Origin: Octopus vulgaris
Lineage: Eukaryota
NCBI GenBank assembly: GCA_951406725.2
Contig: OX597828.1
Coordinates: 28,086,001-28,150,000, forward strand
Length of the DNA: 64,000 bases
Direction: 5' to 3'
The notes beneath the pieces are model-generated. The model was not told where the DNA came from. It was given only the letters and a program-made list of their open reading frames with translations, and searched no databases. The position numbers were made by a program, and so were the translations under genes. Every line of letters begins with the position of its first letter. The first letter of the stretch is position 1. Below are positions 43,265 to 55,163 of the stretch, piece by piece.

Positions 43265-43328
43265 CATATATAAATATATATATATACATATATATACACA
43301 TATACATATACACACATATATACATATA
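42935..43328. repeat. (TA)n/(TACA) microsatellite
   Basis: Direct reading. Similar tracts at 1070-1370, 5570-5815, 12250-12530, 23400-23855 and 29040-30130. Confidence 0.95.
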
Positions 43329-43425
43329 CTCTTTACTCTTTTACAAGGAAGTAAATTTTACAAGTAAATTTTACAAGGAAGTAAATTATTTACATTCGAC
43401 AGATATTTGTCCTCATCTTGTTGTT

Positions 43426-43471
43426 AACACAACATTTCAGCTGATATACTCTCCAGCCTTCATCAGGTGTC
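43426..43471 (-). ncRNA. Minimal type I hammerhead ribozyme
   Basis: Reverse complement: gacac-CTGATGA-a-ggctg(gagagtatat)cagct-GAAA-tg-TT-gtgtt. Core intact, stem III vestigial (probably aacgtt before CpG decay). Confidence 0.7.
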
Positions 43472-43525
43472 TTGGGGAAATTTCGAACCTGGGTTCTCGT
43501 TCCTAAGGTATTTTTTGATGTTATT

Positions 43526-43557
<32 letters not shown>

Positions 43558-43661
43558 CCTCCTCCTCCTCATTATTATTATTATTAATATTATCATTATT
43601 ATTATTATTCAAGTCACTGCCTGGAATTGAACTCGGAATCTTGGGTTCAAAATTTCTCCAA

Positions 43662-43707
43662 AACACCTGATGAAGGCTGGAAGGTATATCAGCCAAAGTG
43701 TTGTGTT
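43662..43707 (+). ncRNA. Degenerate hammerhead, inverted partner of 43426-43471
   Basis: aacac-CTGATGA-a-ggctg...cagcc-AAAG-tg-tt-gtgtt; the GAAA core is mutated. Confidence 0.55.
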
Positions 43708-44242
43708 AACAAAAAACAAGATGAGGACAAATATCTGTCAAATGTAAATTATCTACATAATGTACATAATTCCTCATCTTTTAAATATAGAACTGTAGGG
43801 AAGTAAATGTTTGTATAGAGAACAGACCATAAATTAGGCCGTGTGTATTTGCACAGGTGATCACAGGTGATTGAGACGGGGAAAACTCAGAGAAAGAAGA
43901 TGAAAACCAATAACAAAGAGAAACATCACAAGAACTGGAACAGGTAGAAGTAATAAGAGTACAAAGGCAAGAAGGCAGGACTGTATAGGAGTGACTGTGG
44001 AAGGGAGTGGTTAGCAATTACAGGTGGGCAAAGATGGAGATGGGGGGATGAAATAAAGGTAAGAGGTTCCGATGAGTGACAATTGAGATACTTCAGAAGA
44101 GAGAAAATACAGGCTGCAAATACAGCACAATAAAGTTGGAGTTTATGCATACATATATGTGCATGAGTGCAGGTTTGTGTGTGTGTGTGTGTATGTGTGT
44201 GTGTGTGTGGAAGTGTGTGTATATATAATATGTGTGTGTGTG

Positions 44243-44350
44243 TATGTGGTCTGATCAATAAGTAACTGAACTGTTGCCATAGCAAGGAAACTAAAGCATA
44301 AAGAGTGAAGCCACTTGGCACAGGTTGACTCTGAACTTTACTGTGCATGG
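44243..44350 (+). mobile_element. Possible mariner terminal fragment
   Basis: TA followed by tgtggtctgatcaataagta..., resembling mariner TIR starts; no ORF. Confidence 0.35.
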
Positions 44351-44357
44351 TTGCGAA

Positions 44358-44500
44358 AACTGTCCCGACGAACCGGGAATATGAAACTCTGAGTAACATT
44401 TGTGATGTTTTCCAGCTTTATTAATAAAGCATATTACCCTACCTCTGGTATATGAGTACTATTTTTTCCACCTTGTTTCACATTTTTGTTTTTACTCTGC
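44358..44500 (+). mobile_element. Penelope-like terminal fragment with degenerate hammerhead, same family as 21056-21220
   Basis: CCGACGA-accgggaatat-GAAA-ctctgag-TA followed by the same tail (ctacctctggta...ccttgtttcacatt) seen at 21160-21205. Confidence 0.6.
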
Positions 44501-45359
44501 TATGCACACACACATACACACACATGTTTAGGTGCAAAGATAATGGTGATGTGGTTAAGAACCTTGCTTTGCATCCATGTGGTTTCGTGTTCAGTCCTGC
44601 TGCATGGCACCTTGTGCAAGTGTCTTTTCCTATAGCTCTTGGGCTGACCAATGCCTTGTGAGTGAATTTGATAGATGGACACTGGGTGGAAACCCATCAT
44701 ATCTGTTTTTGTGTGTTTGTCCCTTCCACCATACTGCTTGACAACCGGTGTTGGTTTGTTTACATCATTGCAGTTCAGCAAACTGGACCAACATGCTAAG
44801 TGTCAGGTTTAAAAAATAATTCCTGGTGTCAGTTCCTTTGACTAAAACCCTTCAAGACAGTACTCCAGCATGGCCACAGTCCAGTGACTGAAACAAATAA
44901 AGAATAAAATATAATATTGCCACTAACAATTTACAATTTGGCTGATTAAAAAGGTACAACAAATGTTGCACACCTGATTAAAAATAGATTAAACATGCAT
45001 CTTAATTGTTTCCAATTTTTCAAATATTTTGGCTGTTCTTTTTCTTTTTTTTTTGTGTTTTAACATATTTTTTTTACTTATATCCCATTGTGCATGTCAT
45101 TGATAAGATTGAGGATGGCAACAGCTGAGTAATTGATTGACAGAACAATTAGTCTTAAACAATCATTTGGTTAATCCTAGTTACTACAGGCACAAGTACT
45201 TGACCAGTGCTAATTTTATTGACCTTAAAAGGATGAAATCCAAACTTGACCTTGGTGGACCGAAAGAGCTGGAAGAAATGTTACCAAGCAATTTGTCTGG
45301 TCTGCTATAGTGATTCTGCCAGCTCACCACTGGCATCTGAGAGATATTTGTTTCTATAA

Positions 45360-46912
45360 TAGAAACAAGGTTAGGGTTGGCAATGAGCATAGTGAAGAAT
45401 TCCAGTTAGAAATAGGGGGTCTACCAAGGGTCAGCCCTCAGCCCCCTCTTATTCATCATAGTCCTCCAGGTAATAACAGAGGAATTCAACACAGATTGCC
45501 CCTGGGAGCTCCTCTATGCTGATGACCTGGCCCTCATAGCAGAATCAATACCAGAACTAGAGAAGAAATTTCAGGTGTGGAAACAAGGTTTAGAATCAAA
45601 GGGCCTTAGAGTCAATGTCGCAAACACCAAAGTTCTACTAAGTAGGAAGGTAAACATACCACACATGCCTTCAGATAGGTGACCCTGCTCAATCTGGAGA
45701 AAAGGTGTAGGTAGAAACCCCATAAGATGTACCCAGTGTAAGCTATGGACACATAAGAGGTGCAGCAACATCAAAGGAAGATTAACTGGGAAGATAGATT
45801 TCATGTGCAGCAGATGCACAGGGGCAACATGCCACACGTGATTAGAAAACAGATTCCATCACATGCCAGGAAGAGAAACTAGAAATAGTTGAAAGCTTCC
45901 GCTACCTAGGTAACCAAGTCTGTAGTGGAGGTGGATGCTCAGAGAGTGTTACCACTAGAATAAGAATAGCTGGGCAAAGTTCAGAAAGCTTCTGCCCCTA
46001 CTGGTGACAAAGGACCTCTCACTCAGAGTGAAAGGTAGATTGTACGATGCATGTGTGCAAACTGCCATGCTTCATGGCAGTGAATCATGGGCCATGACTG
46101 CTGAGGACATGCGTAGGCTTGAAAGAAATTAAGCTAGCATGATCTGCTAGATGTATCATGTCAGTGTGCACACACGATAGATTGTAAGCACCATGAGAGA
46201 AATGTTGGACATAAGAGGCATCAGATGTCGTGTGCAAGAGAGACATTTGTGTTGGTATGGTCATGTACTACAGATGGAGGAGGAGAGCTGTGTGAAGACG
46301 TGCCACTCCCAATCAGTGGAAGGAAATCCAGGAAGACATGGGATGAGGTGGGGAAGCATGATTTTGAACTTTGGGCCTCACAGAGGCAATGACAAAAGAC
46401 TGAGACCTCTGGAGATTTACTGTGACTGAGAAGACCCGGCAAATAAAGTGAGTTCACAGCTGTGACTTACACCAGTGTTGCATAACCAGCCCACTCAAAA
46501 GTACCTTGGATCGTGGGCGACATGCCATGCTTGAGGAGACCTATTGAGTCATGTACATCAAAACCGAAATCAAATGGAAATTGAAGTTGTGATATCTATG
46601 CCGGTGGCACGTAAAAAGCACCATCCAAACATGACCAATGCCAGCGCTGCCTTGACTGGCTTCTGTGCCAGTGGCACTTAAAAAGCACTAGCTGATCGTG
46701 GTTGTTGCCAACCTCCTCTGGCCCCTATGCCGGTGGCACATAAAAAGTACCCACTACACTCTCAGGAGTGGTTGGCATTAGGAAGGGCATCCAGCTGTAG
46801 AAACACTGCCAAATCAGATTGGAGCCTGGTGCAGCCTCCTGGCTTCCCAGACCCCAGACAAACTGTCCAACCCATGCCAGCATGGAAAACGGACGTTAAA
46901 CGATGATGATGA
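45360..46912 (+). mobile_element. 5'-truncated RTE-clade LINE (degenerate RT, 3' UTR, (GAT)n tail)
   Basis: QGSALSPLLF, WELLYADDLALIAES (YADD at 45515-45526), GLRVNVANTK, FRYLG and WYGHV motifs with stops and frameshifts; ends ...ggacgttaaacgatgatgatgat. Confidence 0.9.
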
Positions 46913-47535
46913 TACACAAGGCCTGAAATTTTGTGTGAAATGTCAGTGAATTACAGTATCCCCGAGAGGATGGAAGACAAACTCAACCTCAGCAAAATTA
47001 GAACTCAGAACATGAAGCTAGAAGAAATGCTGCTAAACATTTTGTCTGGTGTGCTAACAATTCCTTCGGTTGGCTAATGATAATAAAAGAAGTGAAATAA
47101 AACCAGTGCATGTGATGTGTTTATTATTGGCATTATGTCTCTCCCGAGACAGCAAAATTTTACATTTCTGCTTTAAAATAACTTCATAATAAAAGTACAT
47201 TGAAATTATTAGCAACAAGCAAAGCATGAGTTCACTGTTGTTTGTTTTAACATATCCTTTAACTTCTCAAGCTGTTTTCGTTTCTCTGTGCTTCGTTATG
47301 AATAATTACAGTGTTCTATTTAGATCATTAAACATTTTAGTTATTTTAAAGTTATTGTTGTTTAATAGCGATTAGAGTGATTATTATAATAAGCATTGGC
47401 AATTACTTTTAAGTTGTTAGATACAGTTGATGACAATTATCTTAAATTTCTTCTGTTCCACCAAACTTTCCAGGTAATTGAGATTTTTTTAAAATTTAAA
47501 TTGTTGGTTACTGAGTCAATTCTCATAAACAAATC

Positions 47536-47956
47536 AGGTGCAGGAGTGGCTGTGTGGTAAGTAGCCTGTCTACCAACCACATGGTTCCGGGTTCAGTCCC
47601 ACTGCGTGGCACCTTGGGCAAGTGTCTTCTACTATAGCCTCGGGCCGACCAAAGCCTTGTGAGTGGATTTAGTAGACGGAAACTGAAAGAAGCTTGTCGT
47701 ATATATGTATATATGTATATATGTATGTGTGTGTGTGTATATGTTTGTGTGTCTGTGTTTGTCCCCCTAGCATTGCTTTACAACCGATGCTGGTGTGTTT
47801 ATGTCCCCGTTACTTAGCGGTTTGGCAAATGAGACCGATAGAATAAGTACTGGGCTTACAAAAAGAATACGTGCCGGGGTCGATTTGCTCGACTAAAGGC
47901 GGTGCTCCAGCATGGCCACAGTCAAATGACTGAAACAAGTAAAAGAGTAAAAGAGA
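47536..47956 (+). mobile_element. Full-length tRNA-derived SINE family A
   Basis: A box tggctgtgtgg, B box ggttcagtccc, accttgggcaagt core, internal (TA)/(TG) tract, aaaagagt tail. Confidence 0.9.
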
Positions 47957-48864
47957 ATTAGAAATTAGAAAAGTATTCTGATTTCCAGTCAAGGCCTACT
48001 GTGTGACATTGTGGGCAAGTGTCTCCTTCTATAGCTCCATACCAATCCACCAAGCCTTGTGTGTCTGTGTGCGTGTCATTTGATGCTTTGATCACATACA
48101 CTAATTTTAACCTGTTAGCATTCAAATTATTCTGTCAAATGCAATGCTTTTTTTATTCATGTTGTTTTTAATTAAGCGTGTGTCATTTTGTAGCTTCAAA
48201 ATTTTGACAATGTGATTGTATATTTTATAATGGCATTGAAAGGTAAGTGTGATAGGCTGGATCTGGCTGGTTACAACATAAAACAGAAAGCATATTTGGG
48301 CCAGATATGGATTGTTTAAAGGGTTAATCCTGTCACTGTTACACAAGCGTTGTTTCTTTGCAATCTTCTTTGAAAACATGACCAGCCATTGTGCAGTTTG
48401 TATATGGGGGACTTGAAGAAATATACCTCACCTGGAAAGAAATGAAACCTGACAGAATAGATGACTGTCTCACTGTAGAAAATCTGCCTCAATAAATCTT
48501 GTCTGACCCATACAAGCATGGAAAAGTGGACGTTAAAACAATGAGGATAATTACAATGACGATGACAATGATTCTGGTAGATAGTTTCATTTTCCCAATT
48601 ACTGCCAGGTTCCCACCCACCACATACGCTTAAATAGAAATGTATCTGTCCGAAAAAAAGAAAGAAAATGGTTTCTTTATTTGAAAGAAAGTATGTTTGT
48701 TTAATAGAGCTTTCTTGTGATACAATGCACTTGATGCTAACCTCCCGTACAAACAGTGAAGAATACAGATTCCTTTAATATTTGCCATACTGAAATTTGA
48801 TGTTGGATTTATTTATTTCTTCGCTGCGTTTTTCTAAAACACTCTTTAAAAATCTATTCTTCAG

Positions 48865-49021
48865 ATCAGTCAACCGCCGCAGTACATCAGTGGTTTTCAC
48901 ATCTGACGATGAAAACATTTTAGTTGCAGACAAGAGTGGCGATGTCTTCAAGTACTCAGTGACTGAACCAAGCTCTGAGGGTCAACTATTAATGGGTCAT
49001 CTTTCAATGTTACTCGATATG
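48865..49021 (+). CDS. WDR4: Internal exon of WDR4/TRM82, non-catalytic WD40 subunit of the tRNA m7G46 methyltransferase
   Basis: Translates (R)SVNRRSTSVVFTSDDENILVADKSGDVFKYSVTEPSSEGQLLMGHLSMLLDM, with the WDR4-family motifs VADKSGDV and GHLSMLLD. Flanked by acceptor ttcttcAG (48863-48864) and donor GTaagt (49022). 157 bp, phase 2 start, phase 0 end. Confidence 0.93.
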
Positions 49022-51896
49022 GTAAGTTCATATTTCTTCTATTTGTGTTGCACCAGCTGTTACTAAAAGCCTAGAAGCATTTCAGTGCAACTATACCGTG
49101 TTGGACAATAGCTTCGGCTAAATGCAAAGATATTTCTCTGCCATAAGACAGTCTCAAAAAGTTTAACCTTTCTTATCAGAATGTTTCCAATAGGTTGAAC
49201 ATCTAAAAACAAAATACAAAAATACATTCTTAAATCTTCCAATCTGTCTATTGGTATTCTGATTTATATACAGAAAATAATCTAATAAATGTATCATGTG
49301 TCATGGCATAAGTTTTGCATAACAATAGAAATATTTTAACTATTAACTGCTACATTATTGCTATGGATCACCAGAAAACAAAGAGAAACAACAATGGATT
49401 TGATGTAGCTTGCTGATATTTCTTAAGTTGTATTTGAAATGTTAGGTGAAAGGCTATTTAGTGGAAAGTATTTGAAAATGTACTTCAATATTTCAAAAGA
49501 CAACTACTTAAAAATATAAGATCTTAAACTTTTAGATAGAAACACTTTGGTCTTTGTGCCTAGGACTCTAAGTGTTATGAACTGAAAACCCGCAGCAAAA
49601 GTACATAGACCAGGCAGGATTAAAACATACAATAAATATGCGCTAAATAATTACAATTTCGTGAATCACCACATTAGTATGTTAGTGCTTACTTTACTAT
49701 GCATTATTCATACAGCAGGTACCCCTGGGTATTTTTCTCCAGACAGCATTATAAGTTGTAGTATTACTTAGCATTATTCATTTACATAAATTCTGTACCT
49801 TTGAGTGCATATACATAATGCATGTGTTTTGTAATATGCCAAATTTGCTACAGGATAGCACCCATGAAAAACTCCTTACCTGACGTTGTGTGTTAAAAAA
49901 TACCAAATGTTCTTTAACACTTGGTGTCCTGCAAGGGAGAGTTTCCTTGGATGCTGTCCAACAGCAAATTTGGCATAAAATCAAAAACACATGCACTTTG
50001 TATGTGCAACCCAAAACATTTTCATTACGAGAGCTGCTTTTGGTTCATAATTTAATTTTCTGAATCTTCTTGAGTCATTCTATAATCTGCACTAACAGTT
50101 AAACAGTTCTTTGCTGAAGAGGTTTAATGAGACTGAAATAGGTCCAAAGTTGTCTATGTATGACCAGAAACCATACCCACTCACTAATCACTGCATTACG
50201 TATTTAATTAACTACAATTTCCATCAAAATCAAATGGAAGTTGTAGTTGTGATCCCCATGCTGGTGGCATGTAAAAAGTACCATCTGAACGTGGCCGATG
50301 CCAGCACTGCCTTGATTGGCTTCTGTGCCAGTGGCATGTAAAAAGCTCCAACTGATTGTGGTCATTGCCAGCCTCCTCTGGCCCCTGTACCGGTGGCACA
50401 TAAAAAGCACCCACTACACTCTCGGAGTGGTTGGTGTTAGGAAGGGCATCCAGCTGTAGAAACACTGCCAGATCAAACTGGAGCTTGGTGGAGCCTCCTG
50501 GCTTCCCAGACCCCAGTCAAACTGTCCAACCTATACCAGCATGGGAAACGGATGTTAAACAATGATGATGATGTTACTAATATAAATTGTGAGCTTGTCT
50601 TGACCATAGGTTTCTCATTTTGATAACGCATGTGTAATTTTGGTATATTATATCATCATCATCGTTTAATATCCTCCTTCCATGCTGGCATGGGTTGGAC
50701 AGTTTGACAGGAGCTGACCAGGCAGAAAAGCCTGCAACATACTTCTGTGTCTGTTTTGGCATGGGTTTTATGGCTGGATGCACTTCCTAACACCAAGCAG
50801 AGTAGACTGAGTGCTTTTTACATGGTACCAGCACAGGCAAGATGAGTTTTTGGCATGGTTTTTACTGGATGCCCTTCCAAATGCCAACCACTCTATAGTG
50901 TGGTGGACTGGATGCTATTTAAGTGGAACCAGCACTGACAGGATCACCAAGTAACTTTACAAGACAAGGAATCTTTGAGAGGAGAGGGGCATCAAAGGAG
51001 GTGGTCTTGTGTCAGATGATGACCAGTTAGAGTGAGACAGCAAGACAGAAACAGGTATCTTGCTGCAGAGGAGGTACATGGTTACCCAGCCAGAAAGAGG
51101 GAGAGAGAGAGACACTGAGAGAGATTCAATAAGAAAGAATATATTATATACATTCATAATTATATTGGATACTTGTTATGTTTGATATATATATTATACA
51201 AATAGTAGTTTCAGGTGAGTACCAAATAATTTTTAAAATGAAAATGCTGATAGTAAGTTCAGTACTTCAGCTTACGTACCTTATATATAGCATTTGGATA
51301 GATCATTCCTTCAGGCTGGAGAAGCCAAGCATATGAAAATTCTGGTGTGGTAGAAGTAAGTTTGTAACAAAAAGTAGAAGCAGTTGTGTAGAAAGGGGGA
51401 TAGAGAAGAACAGGAAGGAAGTATATATTTGTAGGGTGTGGATGTAGAAGAAGTGATGGTGGAGACCGTTTTTCTGGTTTGGTAAAGGAAGTTTATTACT
51501 GTTTTTGGTTCAGTCAGGCATGTATTTAAGCATGGTGTTACAAGTAAATTTGCACAGTAAACAGGATACACACACGCATGCATATGTGATCAAATGATTT
51601 CAAAGAGGCTGGTTTTGGTCCGCATTGACAAGGCTTATGTAATGTAGCAAAATCAATAGGAGGTGTGGCAAATCCAGCGTTTCAGATAGTCATTCTTCTG
51701 GGTAAAGTTGCAAATTGTAGCTTAGAGGATGTAAAATTATTGTCTCTCATCAATTTCTCTCCTCTTTTCTTTCAACTTTTCCTTAAAGAAAGTTCTGTCA
51801 GAGACTTCAAATTTTCTACTCCTCATAACAAGCACCCACCCTGTACTCCTTTTATTGAACTTTTAACTACTCTCTCTCTCCTTCTCTCCCTATATA

Positions 51897-51948
<52 letters not shown>

Positions 51949-51957
51949 TAAATTTAT

Positions 51958-52335
51958 AACAATAAGGGTTTAGCAACAAGTTGCTTGACCACATACCGAA
52001 AATTTTAGAAATAGTAGCCAAAAGACTACTATTTCGTTTTTCTACAAAAACATGCCCCCACAGACAACAGTATTTGTAACTTACATTACAATATTACAAA
52101 TATTGTTGTCTGTGGAGGCATATTTTTGTAGAAAAAGGAAATAGTAGTCCTTTGGCTGCTATTTCTAAAATTTTAAGTATGTGGTCAAGCAACTTGTTGC
52201 TAAACCCTTATTGTTTCAATTATATATAAAAAGACTTTTTGTATAAGTTTTTACCGAATATGGTCCCTTTCCATACCAAAAAACTACTAGGTGAAATGTG
52301 TTGATTTTATTAAATTAATAATTTTTCATTCTATA
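51958..52335. mobile_element. Fold-back repeat with ~120-bp inverted arms next to (TA)n/(GA)n, probably a Penelope-like terminus
   Basis: 51958-52079 is the near-perfect reverse complement of 52094-52215; the right arm extends further, as in the other fold-backs. Confidence 0.55.
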
Positions 52336-52668
52336 TATATATATATATATATAGTTTTTCATATTCACATACAGATACATGAATATACATACTAACATAG
52401 ACATTTATACACCTTTGTATACACACATACACATACACACTCACACACATACCCTCACACACACTCACACACATACACACGCACACACGTAAAATCTCAA
52501 GATGTAGTGTTAATCAGTTGAACACTTGACAGATATATCTGGTGATCTGGATAAGTTGTTCAATTGATTGTCTCTACGTCTAGAGTCAACAGAACCGGAG
52601 TTGACCAAAACTACTTCAAGAATATGACTTGTTACCATTAATAACACCATTCTACCTTTCTCTTCCTT

Positions 52669-52699
<31 letters not shown>

Positions 52700-52894
52700 T
52701 GTGCCACGTTTACTTGAAGTTTGTCTTTTGTTGTTGTTCTGTTTTAGATTTTTGCTTTTATTTATCTTTTCATTTATTTTTTTCTTAGAAAACAAATCAC
52801 ATTTACAAAAGAACAACAAAAATAATCACAAATAATTGTATATTTCAACAATGAAGTTTTTTCCAAAGATGCAAACTTTTTCGTTTGTTTGTCT

Positions 52895-53335
52895 CTTTTT
52901 TCTTCGTTTCTTGCTGTCTTTTTCTTTCTTTCCTTCTTACTTTCCTTTTTTCCTTCCTCACTTTCTTTCTTTTCCTTTCTCGCCTTTCTTTCCTTTTCTT
53001 TTTTCTTTCCTTTCTTTCTTTCTTTTCTTTCTTTCTTTTTTCTTTCTTCTTACTTTCCTTTTTTCCTTCCTCACTTTCTTTCCTTTCTTCCTTTCTTTCT
53101 TTTCTTTCCTTTCTTTATTTCTTCCTTCCTTTCTTTCTTTCTTTTGCTTTGTTTTTTCCTTCTTACTTTCCCTTTTTCCTTCCTTTCTTTCCTTTCTCTC
53201 CTTTCCTTTCTTTCTTTCTTTCTTACTTTCATTTTTTCTTTCCTTTCTTTCTTTCTTTCTTTCCTTCTTACTTTCCTTTTTCCCCTTTCTTTCTTTCTTT
53301 CTTTCCTTCTTTCCTTCCTTTCTGCCTTTCTCTCA
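52895..53335. repeat. Polypyrimidine (CTTT)n/(CCTT)n tract with higher-order repeats
   Basis: Recurrent ttccttcttactttcc unit within CTTT repeats. Confidence 0.93.
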
Positions 53336-53844
53336 TTCGTATTGCTTAGATGTTAATGTTGTTGTTATTACTTCTACCAAATGCAGTGAGCTGGTAGAAT
53401 TGTTAACACACCAGGCGAAATGCTTAGCAGCATTTCATCTGTCTTTGTGTTCTGAGCTCAAATTCCACTGAGGTCAACTTTGCCTTTCATCCTTTCCTGG
53501 TCAATAAAATAAATACCAGTTGAAAACTGGGGTTAGTGTAATGGACTTAATCTCTTCCCTGAAATTGCTGGCCTTGTGCCAAAATTTGAAACCATTGTTA
53601 TTAGGATGGTAGATTTTCAGGATTGTTAGCCCATTGGACAAAATGCACATTGGACAAATTATGGGGATCTATATATATATAGTTATTGCCAAGCTAATAT
53701 GGTAGTCTATAAATATAAGATTAAAGCTGCCGCTGATTAGCTCCAAGAGGCCATCGCCTCTAGCTAGCTATATGACACACGAACTTGCATCCATTATAAC
53801 CTTCGAACAGGGGAGGTCAGCCGCTTCACTTTGCTGGTCAGACA

Positions 53845-53887
53845 TCTGCAGACATGTTTCAGGGTAGTTGCCCTTTATCAATGCAGA
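53845..53887 (-). ncRNA. Type I hammerhead ribozyme with U3-A8 variant core (inverted copy)
   Basis: Reverse complement is identical to 54070-54112; it lies at the tip of an extended hairpin spanning about 53800-53931. Confidence 0.8.
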
Positions 53888-54069
53888 GTAGCCAGACCTA
53901 GCAGGCGTCGCTACTGACCGTCTGTTCGAAGGATTTATTTACCTAATTTCAGTGGAATGCATCCACTTGTTTTCAAAAATAGAAATATTAAAATTTCTAA
54001 GTCTCTCTAAAGGAGATTACGGCAGCGGTACTGGATATTAATAGTTATCGCCAAGCTGGGTCTGGCTAC

Positions 54070-54112
54070 TCTGCATTGATAAAGGGCAACTACCCTGAAA
54101 CATGTCTGCAGA
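54070..54112 (+). ncRNA. Type I hammerhead ribozyme with U3-A8 variant core
   Basis: tctgca-TTGATAA-aggg(caacta)ccct-GAAA-catg-TC-tgcaga. Perfect 6-bp stem I, 4-bp stem II, palindromic stem III (acatgt), GUC cleavage triplet. Confidence 0.8.
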
Positions 54113-54775
54113 TGTCTGACCAGCAAGGGGAAGCGGCTGACCTCCCCTGTTCGAAGGTTATAATGGATGCAGGTTTGTGTGTCATATAGCTAGCTAGAGG
54201 CAATGGCCTCTTGGAGCTAATCAGCGGCAGCTTTAGTCTTATATTTATAGACTACCATATTAGCTTGGTGATAACTATTAATATCCAGTACCACTGCCAT
54301 AATCTCCTTTAGAGAGACTTAGAAATTTTAATATTTCTCTATATATATATAGTTCTATAAAATATTCATCATTCTCTCTCTCTCTCAATCACTTTCAGTT
54401 TCTTTCTCTCTCCTATCCTCTCTCTCATACACACACACACATGGCACATGCTGCCTCCCATGCCAACTTCACTGTCAATATTTGCTAAATTCAAATTTAA
54501 TAATAAAGTGAGCATTGACAGACATGATGTAGTAAGCTAAGAAATTTTAATTAAATTTAGTTAAATTAAAATTGAAATGTCAGTGATGAGAACAAATCCT
54601 TATGTAAATTACTAGGGCAAGTACATTGGTAGAATATGCTAAAGCATCAGACAAACTGTCTTGGAGCATTTAGGACAGGTTCCTTCATGCCACCAACGTC
54701 AGCTTTGCCTTTCAGCCACTTCAGGTTCATTCAATCAACTAAATATCCTCCCCTAAAAATTGCTAGGCTTATGTC

Positions 54776-55163
54776 CAAAGCCGGATTAAGACGCATGGAG
54801 GCCCTAACTACTTAAATGATTTTACATGTGATTCAAAGTATAAATAGTAATAAAATATAAAATAAATTTTCATTTTTCAAAACAAAACAAAACTAACAGA
54901 AAAATGGAAAATAATGTTTATTTTTGTATCCTTCCACTTTATTTATATTTGAAAAGTTTTTCTCCCTTTTTTTAATTGCAAAGTCTTTGATCAGATCCTC
55001 ACTGTGACACAATGAGCCCTTCAAAATTATATTTCCAATCATACAAATCACTTTGATTATTATTTTAGCATGTTTAAAGTGATTTCTTTTGTGCCATAAA
55101 CCATTTACCATTTCTGTGGTGCCCCACCTACCCTTGACGCCCTAAGCACATGCTTACTTTCCT
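54776..55163. mobile_element. Degenerate hAT-like MITE
   Basis: Ends gccggattaa... / ...ttaatcccatgctg with subterminal gccctaa motifs and AT-rich middle. Confidence 0.45.

Larger units (their letters stand above)
43385..43795. mobile_element. Hammerhead-bearing Penelope-like/retrozyme element in inverted arrangement
   Basis: About 43387-43483 is inverted relative to about 43648-43749; internal (ATC)n/(ATT)n tract; B-box-like segment on the minus strand near 43622-43635. Confidence 0.7.
53679..54340. mobile_element. Hammerhead-bearing Penelope-like/retrozyme element, tandem plus inverted copies
   Basis: 53681-53899 is inverted at about 54058-54277, and 53980-54057 is inverted at about 54262-54338; (TA)n on both sides. 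Confidence 0.75.

Noticed and set aside
52510-52660. Unique segment with a minus-strand ORF (MVLLMVTSHILEVV...)
   Set aside because: No splice acceptor or homology recognised; the ORF starts in a (GAT)n repeat.
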